Below are positions 20,946 to 24,666 of a stretch of 24,666 bases of DNA, in pieces. Source of the stretch: Octopus sinensis (Eukaryota); NCBI RefSeq assembly GCF_006345805.1, contig NW_021836268.1, forward strand, positions 1-24,666. Direction: 5' to 3'. Both the position numbers and the translations under genes were made by a program. A model generated the notes under the pieces. The model saw nothing but the letters and a program-made list of their open reading frames with translations. It ran no database searches and was not told where the DNA came from. Within the stretch, counting starts at the first letter, position 1; each line of letters starts with the position of its first letter.

Positions 20946-21886
20946 CAACAATAATAATAATAATGATGATAATAGCTCCGCGCTAAATAACAACATGGAT
21001 ATGCTACACCGGGCTCTCCATTCAAAAACAAATCTAATCTAATAACAACGTTGTGACCTAGTTTTTTTCATTCGTAAAATATGCAATTTTGAAAAGGAAC
21101 TAAAAAGTCTGAAAGTCGGCTATAACAATGTAGTCTTCCAGTCTCATTGCTATGTAGGTATGATGTCGTGGAGAAAAATCAATTGGAGGAAAAAGTTACA
21201 GAGGTTTACAAATCGGTAAAACTCTCTATTTTTAGCCAATAGCATGACAGAAATTTTCTGCGTTTAGCGGAGTGGGGTCAATTTTAAGGTTGTACCCTGT
21301 GAAAATAGTTTAACGTCTGTGACATGACCTGTTCATTGTAGGTTTCTAAATAAACAGAAATACCTAATAAAATCAACAAAATCTTACTGTTTCTATTGTC
21401 TCGTCATAGATTTGTTTTTCTTATTTTTAAATTTGTTATATTAATATATTTGTCTGCTTGTGTTTACTTTATGAGTATTTCAATATTATGTATACCTGTC
21501 ATGCATTTGTGTACATCATTAATATATAAGTGCATGTGGATGTATGTATTTATATATAAGTTTATATGTACACTTATGCATTCACGTGCGTGTGTATGTG
21601 TGTGTATGTGAAGGGGGCGTCTGACTCCAAAACTCCAAAGTTGAGTAACGTTTTCAAGTTTGGATTTGTAAATTACGATGAATAACATATTAAATGAACA
21701 ATAGGTAAAAAATACTAACAGAAAAATCACAGAAAAATACTAACACACAGAAGTACAGACAGATATGTAATATACTAACACACAGAAAGATTAAATCAAA
21801 ACATACGGGTGAAAAGAATCTCTTGGTGTGAAGAATCAAGCGTGAAAAATCAACATAGAACAACGTGCGGCACCACGCAGCGTGCG

Positions 21887-21900
21887 GTTGTCATGGTAAC
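21887..21900. promoter_or_regulatory. RFX X-box motif
   Basis: GTTGTCATGGTAAC fits the consensus RTHNYYWTRRNRAC at all positions. It lies in a small CpG-containing unique patch next to the palindrome CACGCAGCGTG (21874-21884). Confidence 0.6.
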
Positions 21901-22221
21901 CAGCTGCTAATGTCACGCTGTCTGTTGATTGACTAAAATTATTACCCAAATTTCCCAACTTTCATTCCAAGTAACATCAGATTCTTTAATTTACGAGATA
22001 AAGTAATTGGTCGGTCGTAATCAAAATTCAACGTTGCAGCGATATACCAAAATTGAAAGCAAGCTGAGAAATGAAAGGGGGTTCATTTTAGGAATGAGAA
22101 AGACATGGGTGGAACGGGATAAAGGAACCCGTAGAATACTTGAAGGAAGCGGCCTTTTAACGAAAATAATGACAAAAACGAAATTTCATTGCCATACAAA
22201 GTATAGTTTATCTCATGCGCG

Positions 22222-22311
22222 ATGTCTCAGGGAAACATGTACGAAAGACACACGCGAAATCAACATCGGAATGTTACAAATTATAAAATACTAGATAAGT
22301 GGAACAAAACA
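22222..22311 (+). CDS. Candidate first coding exon (30 aa), unknown product
   Basis: ATG 22222 reads MSQGNMYERHTRNQHRNVTNYKILDKWNKT, ending in phase 0 at a GTAAGT donor (22312-22317). Confidence 0.3.
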
Positions 22312-22651
22312 GTAAGTACGTAAATTGATTAATTACGCATACATCGAACGCCTTCACAATCATACATACATTTTAATATCTACGGCACTACACATACATC
22401 CCATTATTTACACAGCTACGGGAAATTTGCTGGAAACACATACACACATATGAAAACACGTGTCAAAAACGAAACAAAAAAAAAACAAAACCAATACAAC
22501 TTTTTAAATTTTTCGCAGAGTGAACAATTCTTAAGTTTAAAAACACCACAAAAACTATGTCCGGGTATAAATCTATTTAAAAAAATAATTACGGGCAAAT
22601 ACACATCTGTTAGCCTTGGGATGTCGTGTAACGAGCAATGTTTTCCTTCAG

Positions 22652-22867
22652 AGCACTCGGAGGCGGTCTTGTCTCAAAAGATTATCCCAAAACAGACAGA
22701 TCCGTCTCCAAGCGCCAACGGCCAGGCTCCCAAGCTTGTCATGCCTCATTGATAATAAAGCAAAATACACACCGGATCGGCCGTCACCCGTATCACTAAA
22801 GGTCGTGTACCCCAGTCAAGAACCAGAGTGGGTGCGAAAAATCAGCTACTGGTTCAAATTTCTCTGA
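22652..22867 (+). CDS. Candidate second exon, in phase with 22222-22311
   Basis: Acceptor TTTTCCTTCAG (22641-22651); open frame STRRRSCLKRLSQNRQIRLQAP...FKFL*; locally GC-richer. Confidence 0.25.
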   Translation, partial: STRRRSCLKRLSQNRQIRLQAPTARLPSLSCLIDNKAKYTPDRPSPVSLKVVYPSQEPEWVRKISYWFKFL

Positions 22868-22871
22868 AACA

Positions 22872-23120
22872 CAGGAGTTGAAATTACTCCACAACCGGTA
22901 TATTAAACAATTCAGTGATGATATCAGGATGCAATTTGGCCTCGATAAATATCAAAAGCTACATTTATCAAAAGGAAAAACGACGGAAATATTTAACGTT
23001 AATCCCTCAGGGTAAAAGCAATACTTAAGACAGTGTTGAGTGCTAGAAACAGGATCGATTGAGATCTCTGGGTGAGACTTGTTGTCAACTTGTATAAATA
23101 CAAAGCAAATGTCAACATAA
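22872..23120 (+). mobile_element. R4/Dong-type LINE remnant: RT fragment joined to 3' end
   Basis: QFSDDIRMQFGLDKYQKLHLSKGK (22872-23015) resembles the FSxDIGMxFGLDKC motif. 23059-23120 matches the 3' UTR at 20824-20886 and is followed by (AAC)/(AAT)n. Confidence 0.75.
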
Positions 23121-23154
23121 CTACAACAACAATAATAATAATGATAATTGTTCG

Positions 23155-23340
23155 AACAGGAACCCGAAGTTATCATCGAAAAGGATAATGCGAAGACCCT
23201 ATGGGATTTTATGATTCAGTGTGACCGTGAGATGGAGAATAGAAAACCAGACATAGTGTTAATTGAGAAAGAAATCAAACGATGCCGGATCATAGATATA
23301 GCATGCCCAGCTGACAACAAGGTATGTGATAAGGAAGAAA
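23155..23340 (+). mobile_element. R4/Dong-type LINE, N-terminal half of RLE domain
   Basis: EPEVIIEKDNAKTLWDFMIQCDREMENRKPDIVLIEKEIKRCRIIDIACPAD, containing the PD of the PD-(D/E)xK nuclease motif. Confidence 0.85.
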
Positions 23341-23451
23341 GAAGAGTACTCAAAAGTACTCTTGTTACTCTTGGTCTCCGGAGGATACCCGCTACTAAAG
23401 CAGATGAAATAAAGTTATGCTGAGAGGAGGAAACCATAAATGATGATGATG

Positions 23452-23517
<66 letters not shown>

Positions 23518-23650
23518 TTATCATGTGCATTGTTTTGTCTTGGTATAAAAGATGGGCTGCAGCAAATATTCTGCTCAATACCACAGATTAATAATAACAA
23601 TAATATTAATATTAGTAATAATAATAATAATGATAATAATAATAATAATT

Positions 23651-23808
23651 GTTTCGACTATAGGCAGAAGGCCTGGACTAAATCAAATGTACCCAAGTAC
23701 GTGACGCATGTTTATTTTTATCAACCCTGAAAGCTCAGTTTGTAAGGACGGACGAAATATCACTAGGTAACTTGCCCGACTTGCGAACGATTCTGTCAGC
23801 TCCTTGCA
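23651..23808 (-). mobile_element. Degenerate SINE family B between (AAT)/(AAC) tracts
   Basis: GGACGGACGAAAT...GCGAACGATTCTGTCAGCTC is the reverse complement of the B head. Confidence 0.65.
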
Positions 23809-23859
23809 TCTATGGCAAGAACAACAACAACAACAACAACAATAATAATAATAATAATA

Positions 23860-24284
23860 TGGGATTTCCCAATCTAAACAAATGAGGTCCTAGAGCATAA
23901 GAGACCGGGCCTAGTTGTGGGGAACAAGGTGCACCACGTATACAGTTGACGTTGCATACTCGTTTGACACACGAATAGTCAAGAAGGAAGGCGAAAAGGT
24001 AAATAGATAGAACCCTTTTAAGTACGAAATATTCCGGCTATGGAAAATGAAGAAGGTGAAGATAGTGCCAATTATTGCTGGGTCTTTGGGAACTGTGTCA
24101 AAAAACATCAAGGGGAGTATAAAGGAAATCGGAATAGAGTGCCCAGTAGAACTGTTACAAAAGGTTTGCCTCCTTGGCACGGCCAGAATAATCAGGAAAG
24201 TATTAGACAGCTGTAAAGAACGAATGTAAGCCTGCTATGCATGGAAGAGTCCAGGAGTTTCAACAAAACCTGTGATAAAGCGAA

Positions 24285-24285
<1 letters not shown>
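23860..24285 (+). mobile_element. 5'-truncated, disrupted R4/Dong-type LINE (RLE domain plus short 3' UTR)
   Basis: WDFPI*TNEVLEHKRP / VDVAYSFDTRIVKKEGEK..*..YEIFRLWKMKKVKIVPIIAGSLG...LLGTARIIRKVLDS; (AAT)n on both sides. Confidence 0.85.
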
Positions 24286-24336
<51 letters not shown>

Positions 24337-24666
24337 GTGTCAAAAAGCAGCGCTAACTTCTCTACTTCCTCAAACGTGCGCACGCACACAAATATAACTA
24401 TATGTTTTTTTATCAATGATTGCTTATAAAACATTACTCACATAGACACGGATACACTCATACAAAACTACAAACAGCGACATATGTGCGTAAAAACAAA
24501 TTGATAGAAATACACGAACATGATGATGTAAACATAATCCGGGTAGAAACATAGAAAAGAATATATGCAAGCCAACAGCTAGGAATAAAAGGTAGTTTAC
24601 ATATGACAAATTATACATGACAAATTGAAAGGGAAAAAAATGTTTAATCTCGTTTTTATTATTTAT

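Noticed and set aside
21605-22352. Possible mariner TIR pair (TGTGAAGGGGGCGTC / GAACGCCTTCACA)
   Set aside because: Match too short and gapped; no transposase trace between them.

Overview
AT-rich eukaryotic DNA dominated by repeats. The SINE types, microsatellite load and overall style look like an octopus/cephalopod intronic or intergenic region; this is inference, not verified. No protein-coding gene can be named with confidence. Main supported content: (1) many copies of tRNA-derived SINEs (working labels A, B, C, D), one with a perfect 12-bp TSD. (2) Several truncated fragments of an R4/Dong-type RLE LINE embedded in (TAA)n tracts (20.3-24.3 kb). (3) Candidate hAT, Tc1/mariner and Helentron-type non-autonomous elements. 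(4) A 324-bp fold-back palindrome and a ~2.6-kb interrupted palindrome (5716-8344). (5) Four minimal hammerhead-ribozyme motifs of the Penelope/retrozyme type: three with an intact core on the minus strand (two of them in tandem) and one core-mutated on the plus strand. (6) An RFX X-box flanked by divergent splice donors, suggesting a possible bidirectional promoter near 21.9 kb. Weaker observations: candidate exons, two frameshifted acidic-protein ORF remnants that may be related, and a possible decayed homeobox. Most ORFs in the supplied track are microsatellite artefacts. All identities are hand counts and approximate.
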